DNA of 64,000 bases from Pyrinomonadaceae bacterium (lineage in GTDB: Bacteria > Acidobacteriota > Blastocatellia > Pyrinomonadales > Pyrinomonadaceae), in NCBI GenBank assembly GCA_047600985.1, contig JASGKA010000001.1, positions 288,105 to 352,104 of the forward strand, read 5' to 3'. The position numbers were made by a program, and so were the translations under genes. The notes under the pieces are model-generated. The model did not search any database, had not been told where the DNA came from, and saw only the letters and a list, made by a program, of their open reading frames with translations. Positions 45,810 through 55,750 of the stretch are shown here, piece after piece (within the stretch, counting starts at the first letter, position 1; the number at the start of each line of letters is the position of its first letter).

Positions 45810-46643
45810 TTATTTCTGTGACGATTCTAGTCCCGTTGACCCGGTTGCGTACTCGGGCTGTACGTTTACAACGCCGAACTGGCGATCAACACCTTCGCGA
45901 TTTGCAGCCATCATCCAGAGAAAATTGATCTGTCCGCCCGGTGCGGCGACGTTCGGGTGAAAGCCCTTGGGCATTATGACAACATCGCCTTCCCTGACTA
46001 CTTGTACGAGTTCCGGGGTTTCGCCATTAGTGTAAACCATCTGAATGCCAAACTGCGGTGCCGGCATATCAATGTAAAGATACGCTTCCTCAAGCAGATT
46101 GGCGTGTTCATGCGGCGGCCAGGAAGTCCAGTTTCCATCCGTCGAAAATGTAACGCCGGCCATAATTCGTCCCGCCTCGATGTTCTTTCCGAACAGAATG
46201 TTCAGATCGCGTTCCGACGGCTGCTTTCCGGCGATGAAATGCAGTGCCGGATCCTTGCGGATCGCTTCGAACGAAACGAACTGCAGCGGATATTGATTCT
46301 CGACCGGCGAAGAGATCTCAGCCAGATCAAACCCCGCATCGCTCGCCACCGTGATCTCTGAATCGCGCGGCACATACAACGCGTCATAACGATTCATCGC
46401 GAAAGTTTGTCCGCCCGTTGTGACGCTCCCGGAACCGTTCAGGCAGATCAGTCCGGTTTCGTGCTCAGCGTTCTCGAACGATAGAGCGGCATCGCCCGCT
46501 TCGAGGATGATACGGCCATAGAAAAGATTTCGCGAAGCGGTCGCTCCCGGGGCGACGGAATTCGTTCGTCCCTTTGCTTTGTGCGTTCCTTTAACGACAC
46601 AAGTCGCCGGATCGATATTTTCGAGTTGTATCTGTACTTGCAT
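45810..46643 (-). CDS. kduI: 5-dehydro-4-deoxy-D-glucuronate isomerase
   Basis: 277 aa (KduI is ~278 aa), bicupin. Metal-site-like HEHAN...E region. Operon context with kduD. Confidence 0.75.
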   Translation of the reverse strand: MQVQIQLENIDPATCVVKGTHKAKGRTNSVAPGATASRNLFYGRIILEAGDAALSFENAEHETGLICLNGSGSVTTGGQTFAMNRYDALYVPRDSEITVASDAGFDLAEISSPVENQYPLQFVSFEAIRKDPALHFIAGKQPSERDLNILFGKNIEAGRIMAGVTFSTDGNWTSWPPHEHANLLEEAYLYIDMPAPQFGIQMVYTNGETPELVQVVREGDVVIMPKGFHPNVAAPGGQINFLWMMAANREGVDRQFGVVNVQPEYATGSTGLESSQK

Positions 46644-46663
46644 AATTCCTCCAAACTTTCAGG

Positions 46664-47872
46664 TCAAAGCATACTGAGATAGTCTTCGACCGCTACTTCC
46701 AAAGCACCGCCGATCGCCGAACCGACCGGTTCGCCGGCCTCGACGGACCAGCCGTCGATCTTGCCGATAATGCTCCGCCGGATCGCCGCGTTCAGCGGTT
46801 CTTCGATAAATTTCCAGCCGTACACCAGACGGCCGCTGATAATGACCCTCGGAATTCCGATACCCATTATCACATTTGCGATGCCGATGCCGAGGTAATC
46901 ACCGATGCGTTCGAGCGTTTTCTTCGAACGAACATCGCCGACCTCAGCCTTACTTACGATCTCGACAAATCGCGGAGCAACTTCGCCGGGCCCGGCAGGA
47001 CGATCGCCCATATAAAGTGACGAAGCGGCTCCCGCTGAGCCGTATTTTTCCCAACAGCCGCGATTGCCGCAAACGCAAGGTTTGCCGTTCGCGACGATCG
47101 TCATGTGGCCGAATTCACCTGCAATTCCCCGCCCAGCTCCCGTGCCGCGATAGACCTCGCTGCCGATCACGAGGCCGACGCCGATGCCGGTTCCGGACCG
47201 GACGAGAATGAAATTCGTCATCAGTCCATCCTCGGAATTGCGGATCTTTAGCCGAGCCTCGTACATCGCCGCCGCGGTCGAATCATTTTCCACGACCACG
47301 CGTGTGCCTTCGTGAACCCTCAAAGCCTTGGCGACGTCGATGTTTTTCCAGTCAAGGTTTGGAGCAAATATCAACTTTTCACGCTGCGGATCGACCATTC
47401 CTGCAACGCTCACACCGATCACGCCGAGGCGTTTGTTGGCGTTCTTGCGAACTAGAATGTCAACCTGCTCGCGGGCAAGCCTTAAAGCGTAGCTCGCGGT
47501 CTTTGGCGTTTCAAAATCGGTCTCGTCAGTGACCTCGCCGCGAAGCGTGGTCATGCCGACCTGCGAACGTCGAACACCGAGGTTTACGCCAATAAAATAC
47601 GTGTCGTCGTCAGCGAACGACAGAACGCGTGAACGGCGTTTCAAACCCTCGGCGGCGAGCGATTCCTCGCGAATGATCCCCTGAGCGATCAGCGGCTTGA
47701 CGTTCTCTGTAACGGTGCTTTTATCGATCGAGAGCCGCTCGGCGATCTCGGTGCGCGTGATCGGCTGTGCCGCCCTGATCAGGCGAAGCAGCTGATTGCC
47801 CTTTCGCGAGGTGTTCGAAGGCGTCCTCGACGCTCCCAGCAACTCGGATTGATATAACTGACCGTTATCCAT
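46664..47872 (-). CDS. ROK family transcriptional regulator
   Basis: N-terminal HTH (RTEIAERLSIDKSTVTENVKPLIAQGIIRE). ROK sugar-kinase-like body with a Cys/His zinc motif (CVCGNRGCWE). Confidence 0.8.
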   Translation of the reverse strand: MDNGQLYQSELLGASRTPSNTSRKGNQLLRLIRAAQPITRTEIAERLSIDKSTVTENVKPLIAQGIIREESLAAEGLKRRSRVLSFADDDTYFIGVNLGVRRSQVGMTTLRGEVTDETDFETPKTASYALRLAREQVDILVRKNANKRLGVIGVSVAGMVDPQREKLIFAPNLDWKNIDVAKALRVHEGTRVVVENDSTAAAMYEARLKIRNSEDGLMTNFILVRSGTGIGVGLVIGSEVYRGTGAGRGIAGEFGHMTIVANGKPCVCGNRGCWEKYGSAGAASSLYMGDRPAGPGEVAPRFVEIVSKAEVGDVRSKKTLERIGDYLGIGIANVIMGIGIPRVIISGRLVYGWKFIEEPLNAAIRRSIIGKIDGWSVEAGEPVGSAIGGALEVAVEDYLSML

Positions 47873-47891
47873 TTTTCGTTATTATAATATT

Positions 47892-49466
47892 CTATAACGA
47901 AACGGTCTGTTCTGCCCAGAACTGAAATTCGCGGTGCTTCAATATTTCCGCTTTTGCCTGGATCTCGCCGCTCGCGGTCTGCCGGACGTGCTCGAAAAGC
48001 CGCGTTCCGGCATCGGCAATGCTCTCAGTGCCGTCGATCACATCGCCAGCCGAGATATCGAGATCCTGCGACATTCGCTCGAAAACACGATTATTCGAGG
48101 CAAGCTTGATCACCGGCGTGATCGCATTACCGATCGTCGTACCGTTTCCGGTCGTGAAGACAACTACCGTCGCACCCGAGGCGACCAAACCCGGCGTCGA
48201 TTCCTGATCATAACCAGGGCCCTGCATCAGATTCAGCCCGCGAACCTTCGGCGTTTCGGCATAGTCGATACAATCCTCGATCCGCGTCGTTCCGGCCTTG
48301 ACGATCGCACCAAGAGATTTGATCGTGATGTTCAGCAATCCGCCAGCCTTATTGCCGGTACTCGGATTCTGGCCAAGAACGCCGCCAAATTTGGATGCGT
48401 AATCCTTGTACCAATCGACCAGCGCGTAAACCTTTTTCCCGATAGCGGAATCCTTTGCCCGATTTGCGAGAATGTGTTCAGCACCGCAGAACTCAGGCAC
48501 CTCGGTAAGCAGGACCGTTCCGCCGCTTCGCACAAGCAGATCTGAGGCGTAGCCAAGTGCCGGATTTGCGGATATTCCTGAGAATCCGTCGGAACTTCCG
48601 CATTTGACCCCGAGCACAAGTTCGCTGACGGGAAACTCCTCACGGGTGAACCGGTTAACCTCAGGAAGCATCTCTGCTACCGTTTTCAGCCCTAGTTCGA
48701 TCGCCGACTGCGTACCGCCGACGTCCTGAATGCCTATCTTAAAAACAGGCTTCTCAAGCGGCTTTTCGCGATTGGTCAGATACTTTTCGACGTAGGTGAG
48801 ATTCGTTTTTTCGCAGCCAAGATCGATCAGTATCACACCGCCGACATTCGGATGATCGGCGTAATTCGACAAAGTACGCATCATCAGGTCAAGATTTGAA
48901 CCGTCCTGGCAGCCGCAGCCTTTGTTGTGCGGGATGGCGACGACGCCGTCCACGTTTGGATAAAGATCGCGTTTGTAGTGCAAAAACTCCGACATCATCG
49001 AGATCTGCGTCGCCTCGTGGCTCGCACACATCGATGTCGGAACGATCAGCAGGAAATTACGCGTTCCGACACGGCCGTCCGCCCTGCGAAAACCCATGAA
49101 TGTTCCAACCTCATCAGCCGGAAAATAATCCGGAGCAGGTGTATGCAGATCGTCCGGCAGGTCGCGAACCACGGGAACGTCGTCAGACATATTCTCGTGC
49201 GTGACCCACTCGCCTTTCTCGATCCCGAGCGAAGTTCCGATCGGCTGGCCATATTGACGAACATAATCGCCGGCGGGAATCTCGCTGATCGCAAATCTGT
49301 GCCCGGGCGGCACCGCCTTGAGCACCGTAACCACTTTTCCGCCTGGTAGCGTTACGGTTAATCCGTCGCGCGTCTCATTTTTGACAACCGCCACATTGTC
49401 ATCAGGACTAACGATTATCGCGTATTCGCTTATCGCGGCCGCTTTCTCTGCGTAAGTATCCAACAT
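47892..49466 (-). CDS. uxaA: altronate dehydratase (UxaA family hydro-lyase)
   Basis: N-terminal SAF domain, large C-terminal UxaA domain (...GCEKTNLTYVEKY...). 524 aa. Confidence 0.75.
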   Translation of the reverse strand: MLDTYAEKAAAISEYAIIVSPDDNVAVVKNETRDGLTVTLPGGKVVTVLKAVPPGHRFAISEIPAGDYVRQYGQPIGTSLGIEKGEWVTHENMSDDVPVVRDLPDDLHTPAPDYFPADEVGTFMGFRRADGRVGTRNFLLIVPTSMCASHEATQISMMSEFLHYKRDLYPNVDGVVAIPHNKGCGCQDGSNLDLMMRTLSNYADHPNVGGVILIDLGCEKTNLTYVEKYLTNREKPLEKPVFKIGIQDVGGTQSAIELGLKTVAEMLPEVNRFTREEFPVSELVLGVKCGSSDGFSGISANPALGYASDLLVRSGGTVLLTEVPEFCGAEHILANRAKDSAIGKKVYALVDWYKDYASKFGGVLGQNPSTGNKAGGLLNITIKSLGAIVKAGTTRIEDCIDYAETPKVRGLNLMQGPGYDQESTPGLVASGATVVVFTTGNGTTIGNAITPVIKLASNNRVFERMSQDLDISAGDVIDGTESIADAGTRLFEHVRQTASGEIQAKAEILKHREFQFWAEQTVSL

Positions 49467-49472
49467 AAAAGA

Positions 49473-50399
49473 TCAGTCAAACAGGTCAGCAAGGACATAA
49501 GACCTGACGTTCGGGTGCAGCCTCATCAGCAATCCAGGATTCACATCGCACTGCCGCTGCAGCTCGTCAGCGTCGGCCGACAGTTCCGTTTCGAGAAACC
49601 GCTTGAAACTTGGTTTTTTGCCGGGTGCGGTCGATGCGTCAACGATCGACTGAACGATCAATTTCGCCCCAAGTATCGCCGCCGGCCCGAGCGTAAGAAT
49701 GTGCGTTGCATTTCGACATTCGGTCTCGTCCGCTTCTGAGATCACGCTGCCGCCGACCTTGAATTTTGAAATATGGTGCTCGAGGATCGTCGGCGAGATC
49801 GGAATGATACCCAGAAAATCACTGAAACGAGCCCCGCACCCGGGCTTGATATAACAAAGGTGCGACGCCGCTTCGGCCTCAGGCCCGAAGCCCATAAAAA
49901 AGATATCGATGCCGCCGAGCGATTCGAGCCTTTCGAGATAGCCGGAAAGTGCCCCTTCGAGGTCATCCGTTTCCGTCAACATTGGCGTAAAGCTCTTGAT
50001 CTTCGCGAAAAACTGAGGCCCCAGCAGACGTTCAAAGTCTCTGACGAAGCTCAGGCCATTATTCATCCGCATCGGCGCCAAAGCATCCTGCGTGAATACA
50101 TGAAGCCGGCCAAGCAGTTCGTCGATCTCGTTAGTTTCAGCAAGCTGGCTAATGATCGCGTACATCGCCTGAGCCCCGCGGCCGCCGAGCAGAACGATCG
50201 TAATGTCGCCGCTTTTCGTCTGTGCGTAGGCAACAAGCTCGTCAAACATCGCTCGGCCGACCGCCGCTTCGTTCTCAAGTACCTGATACCCGAATGTTTC
50301 CGCAGGCACAGGATCTTTCAGCATGGATCCTGGAAAACTGAGCCAGACATTGTTCCCTGCTACGCGGCGTTCAACTATTTTTGAGGTGGATGTTTGCAC
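49473..50399 (-). CDS. NagB/6-phosphogluconolactonase-family sugar-phosphate isomerase/deaminase-like protein (start uncertain)
   Basis: IVLLGGRGAQAMY and FMGFGPEAEAASHL loosely match the GlcN6P-deaminase / 6PGL fold signature. The ORF-track N-terminal ~70 aa lie in an AT-rich promoter region and are probably not translated. Alternative starts are the GTG at 50399 or the ATG at 50324. Confidence 0.4.
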   Translation of the reverse strand: MQTSTSKIVERRVAGNNVWLSFPGSMLKDPVPAETFGYQVLENEAAVGRAMFDELVAYAQTKSGDITIVLLGGRGAQAMYAIISQLAETNEIDELLGRLHVFTQDALAPMRMNNGLSFVRDFERLLGPQFFAKIKSFTPMLTETDDLEGALSGYLERLESLGGIDIFFMGFGPEAEAASHLCYIKPGCGARFSDFLGIIPISPTILEHHISKFKVGGSVISEADETECRNATHILTLGPAAILGAKLIVQSIVDASTAPGKKPSFKRFLETELSADADELQRQCDVNPGLLMRLHPNVRSYVLADLFD

Positions 50400-50633
50400 T
50401 TGGTTATCTATAATATTATATTGTAATTGGTTTAACCAATTAAAAGCAAGTCTTATCCAAAATTTTGTATAAATGCTAAAAAGGGCGTTCATTATGTGAG
50501 CATAAGTGTTGTCAATGGTGAATGTTTTACGCAGTTTGACAATAATTCTTAAGGAAGCGGCAACGTGGCGATAGCTGCAAAATGGTATGACCTTTAGCCG
50601 CTTCACCAATTGCCCAATTTCAATATTCGTTTT
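50400..50633. promoter_or_regulatory. AT-rich divergent promoter region with palindrome AATTGGTT-T-AACCAATT (50425-50441)
   Basis: ~35% GC over 230 nt, versus ~57% in the flanks. TATAAT-like hexamers. A perfect 8+1+8 palindrome, candidate operator for the ROK or GntR regulator. Confidence 0.5.
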
Positions 50634-51410
50634 ATGAGTTACAGCAAATTAGATCTGAATGGCCGCGTAGCCGTCGTTATCGGTGGCACATCCGGCATCG
50701 GAAGAGCGATCGCGCATGGACTCGCCGAAGCCGGAGCTGACGTCGTCTGCACCTCACGCCGCCAGGACCAGGTCGATACTGCCGCGAGCGAGATAGAATC
50801 GATCGGCCGCCGTACACTGCGGACGGTCTCTGACGTTTCGGATAAAGATTCGATGCAGGCCCTTCTCGACGAGTGTATAGCTGCGTTTGGAAAGGTTGAC
50901 ATCCTGGTCAATTCAGCCGGCCGCACGAAGCGTGAACCGACGCTCGATCTCGACGAGGAAACCTGGAACGAGATCCTCGAGACCAATTTGACCGGAACCT
51001 TGCGTTCGTGTCAGGTTTTCGGGAGGCACATGCTCGAAAACGGTTATGGGCGTATCATCAATATCGCGTCGCTCTCGACCTTCGTTTCCCTCTTCGAAGT
51101 AGCCGCTTACGCCGCAAGCAAAGCCGCTGTGGCATCCCTAACAAAATCCCTCGCGATCGAATGGGCAAAACGCGGTGTGAACGTAAATGCGATCGCACCC
51201 GGAGTTTTTCGAACCGCGTTGAACCAAAAACTTCTCGACGAAAGCGACCGCGGACGCGAGTTCCTGACGCGAACGCCGATGGGACGTTTCGGAAATGTCG
51301 AGGAACTTGCCGGAGCAGCGGTGTTTCTCGCATCAGAAGCGGCAAGTTTTGTTACCGGTGAGGTCATCGTCGTCGATGGCGGATTTTTGGCAAGTGGAGT
51401 TAACCAGTAG
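50634..51410 (+). CDS. SDR family oxidoreductase
   Basis: GGTSGIGRA, NSAG, YAASKAAV. Start at the ATG at 50634 (MSYSKLDLNGRVAVV). Confidence 0.8.
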   Translation: MSYSKLDLNGRVAVVIGGTSGIGRAIAHGLAEAGADVVCTSRRQDQVDTAASEIESIGRRTLRTVSDVSDKDSMQALLDECIAAFGKVDILVNSAGRTKREPTLDLDEETWNEILETNLTGTLRSCQVFGRHMLENGYGRIINIASLSTFVSLFEVAAYAASKAAVASLTKSLAIEWAKRGVNVNAIAPGVFRTALNQKLLDESDRGREFLTRTPMGRFGNVEELAGAAVFLASEAASFVTGEVIVVDGGFLASGVNQ

Positions 51411-51413
51411 TAA

Positions 51414-52529
51414 ATGGCCTCAGCCGAGCTCGAAGAGAAAACCCGACGTCTAACAGAGTTGCTCGAACGTGAGCAGCTCGGCGGTGTTTTGCTCAATGCC
51501 CAGCACAATTTTGCCTGGCTAACGGCCGGGAAGACGAACGGCATCGACCATAGCCGTGAAAATGGTGCCGCATCGCTGCTCGTGACGCGCTCGGGCAAAC
51601 GATTTCTGCTCGCAAACAACATTGAAACACCTCGCATGCTGGCTGAGGAGGTTTCCGCCGAGGACTTCGAACCTGTCGATTTCGCCTGGCAGGAAGAAAA
51701 AGCCATCGGCGATACGGCGTTACGGTTGGCAAAAAGCCTCACGGACGGCGAGATAGCGACCGATATACCACTGTTTTCGGACGCCCGGGCGATCGAAGGC
51801 AAGATCGCCGTGTGCCGCTACATACTGACGAATGATGAACTCATTCGTATCCGCGAACTCGGCCACGACGCGGGTGAATCGATCCAAAGGGCTGTGTCAG
51901 AGATCGCAGCCGGCGACACCGAGATAGAGATCGCCGCCAAAATGCGCAATGTGCTTTCGCAAAAGAACATCACATCCGTCGTAACCCTCGTCGCGGCAGA
52001 CGAGCGGATAGGCCATTTCCGGCACCCGATTCCGACCGCAAATGCTTGGAAAAAAACGCTTTTGATGGTAACGTGTGCCAAACGTTTTGGTTTGATCGTC
52101 AGTCTGAGCCGACTGGTTTGTGTAGGATCTGTTCCAGCCGATCTTGAGAGGCTCACCGAAGCTAACGCAGCCGTAAATGCTGCTCTCTATGCTGCAACAC
52201 GTCCGGGCACGTCGGGATCGGAGCTTTATTCGGCAGCGTCGGCCGCATACGCCGAACAGGGATTCGCGGGCGAGATCGACAAGCATCATCAGGGCGGAGC
52301 TGCCGGATACAAGACGCGCGAATGGGTCGCTCATCCGGAAAGCCGCGAGAGGGTACATCTCGATCAGGCATTCGCGTGGAACCCGTCGATAACCGGAACC
52401 AAAGTCGAGGAAACCGTCCTCACGACGGATCGAGGTGTCGAGGTGATCACCGCCTCGCACGACTATCCTCGGATCGAAACGGTAATTGGCGGCGAGAGTT
52501 TCTTTTCTCCTGGGATTTTATCAATTTAG
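51414..52529 (+). CDS. M24 family metallopeptidase (Xaa-Pro aminopeptidase/creatinase-like)
   Basis: Creatinase-N-like N-domain. C-terminal pita-bread region with HQGGAAGY (H-x-G-H-like) and ...VEETVLTTDRGVEVIT. Confidence 0.6.
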   Translation: MASAELEEKTRRLTELLEREQLGGVLLNAQHNFAWLTAGKTNGIDHSRENGAASLLVTRSGKRFLLANNIETPRMLAEEVSAEDFEPVDFAWQEEKAIGDTALRLAKSLTDGEIATDIPLFSDARAIEGKIAVCRYILTNDELIRIRELGHDAGESIQRAVSEIAAGDTEIEIAAKMRNVLSQKNITSVVTLVAADERIGHFRHPIPTANAWKKTLLMVTCAKRFGLIVSLSRLVCVGSVPADLERLTEANAAVNAALYAATRPGTSGSELYSAASAAYAEQGFAGEIDKHHQGGAAGYKTREWVAHPESRERVHLDQAFAWNPSITGTKVEETVLTTDRGVEVITASHDYPRIETVIGGESFFSPGILSI

Positions 52530-52545
52530 CGAGAGGTAATTCGGA

Positions 52546-54039
52546 ATGAACGATCAATCGGAGATCATTGAGAGTCAAAAACAGCAGGATGACGGCGAAT
52601 TTTTGGCGGCACCTGAGGAATCGGGAAGCTCTGCGACCGGTGCCGCAATAGCAGGCGTTGGCGATCCGACGGCACGCGTCGGCAACTATCGCTGGATGAT
52701 CTGCGGCATCCTGTTTTTCGCCTCGGCGATCAACTACATCGACCGCCAGGTGATCGCTATTCTGAAGCCTACGCTTCAAAAAGAATTCGGCTGGAATGAC
52801 ATCGATTACGGCTGGATCATTTTCGCATTCACGACCGCATACGCTATCGGCTTCATTTTCGTCGGCCGGTTGATGGACAAGATCGGCACGAAGAAAGGCT
52901 TTACGCTCTCGATCGTGCTTTGGAGCATCGGAGCTTTACTTCACGCCTGGGCACTCGCGGTCGGCGAGGTGACCTTTCCGATACTTACTCCGATAATTAA
53001 CGGTATCGTTTCCGTCGTCAATGCGGTCATAACCACGATCGGTTTTGCGCCATGGTCGATCGCACTTTCGGTGTCGGTCGTCGGATTTATTGTGGCGAGA
53101 TTTGTGCTCGGCCTCGGCGAATCGGGCAACTTCCCGGCCGCGATCAAAACGACTGCGGAATGGTTTCCGAAGAAGGAACGTGCTCTCGCGACAGGTATTT
53201 TTAACGCCGGAACCAACGTCGGAGCTCTCGCAACGCCGCTGCTCGTGCCAGTGATCGTCGCCTATTACGGGTGGTATGAAGCATTCATTATCACGGGCGT
53301 ACTCGGCTTTATCTGGCTCGCCTTCTGGCTTTTCATGTACCGCCGTCCCGAGGAACATCCTAAGCTTTCTAAAGAAGAACTCGCATACATCCAGAGCGAC
53401 CCGTCAGATCCGGTGGTCAAGATACCGTGGCTGACTCTGCTCAAGCATCGCCAGACGTGGTCGTTTGCGATCGGTAAATTCCTGACAGATCCGATATGGT
53501 GGGTATATCTTTTCTGGCTACCGGATTTCCTCCAAAAACAGCACGGCCTCGATCTGAAAACGTTTGGTATTCCGATCGCAATTATCTACATCATCGCTGA
53601 CGTCGGCAGCGTCGGCGGCGGTTGGATCTCATCGACGCTTATCAAACGCGGCTACACGATCAATCGTTCGCGCAAGACAGCGATGCTGATCTGTGCATTA
53701 TCGGTAGTACCGATCGTGATCGCCTCGATGACGTCGAATCTATGGCTCGCCGTGGTGCTCATCGGCATCGCCGCCGCGGCTCACCAAGGCTGGTCGGCAA
53801 ACCTTTTCACGCTCACTTCGGACATGTTTCCGAAACAGGCCGTCGGAAGCGTCGTCGGTATCGGCGGAATGTCCGGAGCGGTCGGCGGAATGTTCATCGC
53901 ACCGCTCGTCGGCTATATCCTCGCAACCACCGGCAGCTATCTGCCGATCTTTATCATCGCCGCTTCAGCATATTCGATCGCACTGCTGATAATTCACGGA
54001 CTTGCACCGAAACTCGAACCGGCTAAGATAGATGCCTGA
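52546..54039 (+). CDS. MFS transporter, hexuronate (ExuT)-like
   Basis: YRWMICGILFFASAINYIDRQVIAILKP is the ACS-family / ExuT N-terminal signature. 497 aa. Confidence 0.7.
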   Translation: MNDQSEIIESQKQQDDGEFLAAPEESGSSATGAAIAGVGDPTARVGNYRWMICGILFFASAINYIDRQVIAILKPTLQKEFGWNDIDYGWIIFAFTTAYAIGFIFVGRLMDKIGTKKGFTLSIVLWSIGALLHAWALAVGEVTFPILTPIINGIVSVVNAVITTIGFAPWSIALSVSVVGFIVARFVLGLGESGNFPAAIKTTAEWFPKKERALATGIFNAGTNVGALATPLLVPVIVAYYGWYEAFIITGVLGFIWLAFWLFMYRRPEEHPKLSKEELAYIQSDPSDPVVKIPWLTLLKHRQTWSFAIGKFLTDPIWWVYLFWLPDFLQKQHGLDLKTFGIPIAIIYIIADVGSVGGGWISSTLIKRGYTINRSRKTAMLICALSVVPIVIASMTSNLWLAVVLIGIAAAAHQGWSANLFTLTSDMFPKQAVGSVVGIGGMSGAVGGMFIAPLVGYILATTGSYLPIFIIAASAYSIALLIIHGLAPKLEPAKIDA

Positions 54040-54065
54040 TCGATGATGCGTTAGGAAAGAGAAAA

Positions 54066-54094
54066 GGGCCTACCAATTTGGTGAGGCCATTTTT
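54066..54094 (+). terminator. terminator between convergent MFS and GH43 genes
   Basis: GGCCTACCA-ATTT-GGTGAGGCC then ATTTTTT. Confidence 0.55.
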
Positions 54095-54114
54095 TAATCA
54101 CAGAACCAGAATAT

Positions 54115-55731
54115 CTACTTTTCGATGCGAAACCAATCGATATCCGCGGAGCCGCCATCGTTGAACTTGCCCGGCCGGTTAAAGAAAAAGCCAACCTTTG
54201 CGCCGATCCAGCGACCTTCGCGAGCCTTGAATGGTTCGCCGATGTTCGTGAACGAATTTCCGTCAGTACTGTAGCTGAATGTACACATCGCACCTGTTTT
54301 TACCGTAACGCGAAGATAAAATTCCTTCGCTGAAAGTATCTGCGGTGCAGTTTCCGTCTCGGGTGTTCCCTTATCAGCATCTTTAACGGTCGAGCGTGAG
54401 ATGTACGTCTTGCCGCCGCGATTTGTAATGCCGATCAGTGAATAATCGATTCCCATTACAACGAGACCGAAACGCTCGCCCTCAAAACGCGGCGTCAATG
54501 AGACCTTGGCGGTCGCGGTGAATTCGTCTGCCGGTGTCTTTTGAAGCAGTAAATTTGGCAGGTCCCAAAGATTTTTGTAGCCCTCGGGCTGCTGCACCGA
54601 GAACATTCTCAGAACGCCTTTGTCAGGAAACGGAAAAGCCCAGGCAGCTATCGGATTTGCGTGCCACTGCCACTGGCGGCCGAGCATCGTCTCGTTGAAT
54701 TCGTCGCTGTCTGGCGGGGTGGCGATCGGATACTGTTTCCCGACATTCGGCTTTTTGAACTGCATAACCGGCTCACCTGTTCCATCACCGTCAGCGTCCG
54801 AACCGATCACGGGAAATCCATTCTTCCAAACCGCCGGCTGCAAATGAACGACGCGTCCATACGGCCCCTTGTCCTGAAAATGTAAGAACCACCACTCACC
54901 CGACGCTGTGTCAACTAAGGCTCCCTGGTGAGGGCCGTTGATGGTCGATTTTCCTTGAGCGAGTACAACCTTTCGCTCGTACGGCCCGTAAACATTCTTC
55001 GAACGCAGGACGAGCTGCCAACCGGTTGCGACTCCGCCGGCAGGAGCGAGAATGTAGTAGTAACCTTCCCGCTTCATAAACTTCGGCCCCTCAACCGTCG
55101 GATCAGCATCATGACCGTCAAAAACCATCACGCCGTCATCGAGAAGTTTCGTCCCGTCGGGACTCATTCTTTTGACGACAAGCAGGCTTTTTATCCCCGC
55201 ACGGCTGCCCGCAAAGGCATGAACGAGGTACGCCTTGCCGTCATCGTCCCACAATGGACACGGGTCGATCCAGCCTTTTCCCTCCGCGATGAGCAGGGGT
55301 TTCGACCATTCACCCGCCGGATCCTTGGCCTTGGTCATGTAGATGCCGTAATCAGGATCGGGATAAAAAATATAGAATTCGCCCGCATGAAATCTGATCG
55401 CCGGAGCCCAGACACCGCCGCCGTGCTGTGGCTTTTTGAATATGTCGGCAGGCGGCTGTTCACGGAAAACGTGATTGATAAGCCGCCAGTTTACGAGGTC
55501 TTTCGAATGGAGTATAGGCAAGCCGGGAATAGCGTTAAAGCTCGACGATGTCATATAGAAATCGTCGCCGACGCGTATCGCGTCAGGGTCGGAATAGTCG
55601 GCATTAAGAACTGGATTTTTATAAGTGCCGTCACCATTATCCGCGACCCAGACCTTGGAAACCTGGGCGTCCGCCATCGAAAAAAACACGAAAACCAACG
55701 AGATCAGGATCGATTTCGACAGACGGTGCAT
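54115..55731 (-). CDS. glycoside hydrolase family 43 (beta-xylosidase / alpha-L-arabinofuranosidase-like) with C-terminal beta-sandwich domain
   Basis: NPVLNADYSDPDAIRVGDDFYMTSSSF is the GH43 blade-1 catalytic Asp region. Signal peptide starts at the ATG at 55731 (MHRLSKSILISLVFVFFSMADA). Confidence 0.8.
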   Translation of the reverse strand: MHRLSKSILISLVFVFFSMADAQVSKVWVADNGDGTYKNPVLNADYSDPDAIRVGDDFYMTSSSFNAIPGLPILHSKDLVNWRLINHVFREQPPADIFKKPQHGGGVWAPAIRFHAGEFYIFYPDPDYGIYMTKAKDPAGEWSKPLLIAEGKGWIDPCPLWDDDGKAYLVHAFAGSRAGIKSLLVVKRMSPDGTKLLDDGVMVFDGHDADPTVEGPKFMKREGYYYILAPAGGVATGWQLVLRSKNVYGPYERKVVLAQGKSTINGPHQGALVDTASGEWWFLHFQDKGPYGRVVHLQPAVWKNGFPVIGSDADGDGTGEPVMQFKKPNVGKQYPIATPPDSDEFNETMLGRQWQWHANPIAAWAFPFPDKGVLRMFSVQQPEGYKNLWDLPNLLLQKTPADEFTATAKVSLTPRFEGERFGLVVMGIDYSLIGITNRGGKTYISRSTVKDADKGTPETETAPQILSAKEFYLRVTVKTGAMCTFSYSTDGNSFTNIGEPFKAREGRWIGAKVGFFFNRPGKFNDGGSADIDWFRIEK

Positions 55732-55750
55732 AATTTTGAGGTTCCTGTTT

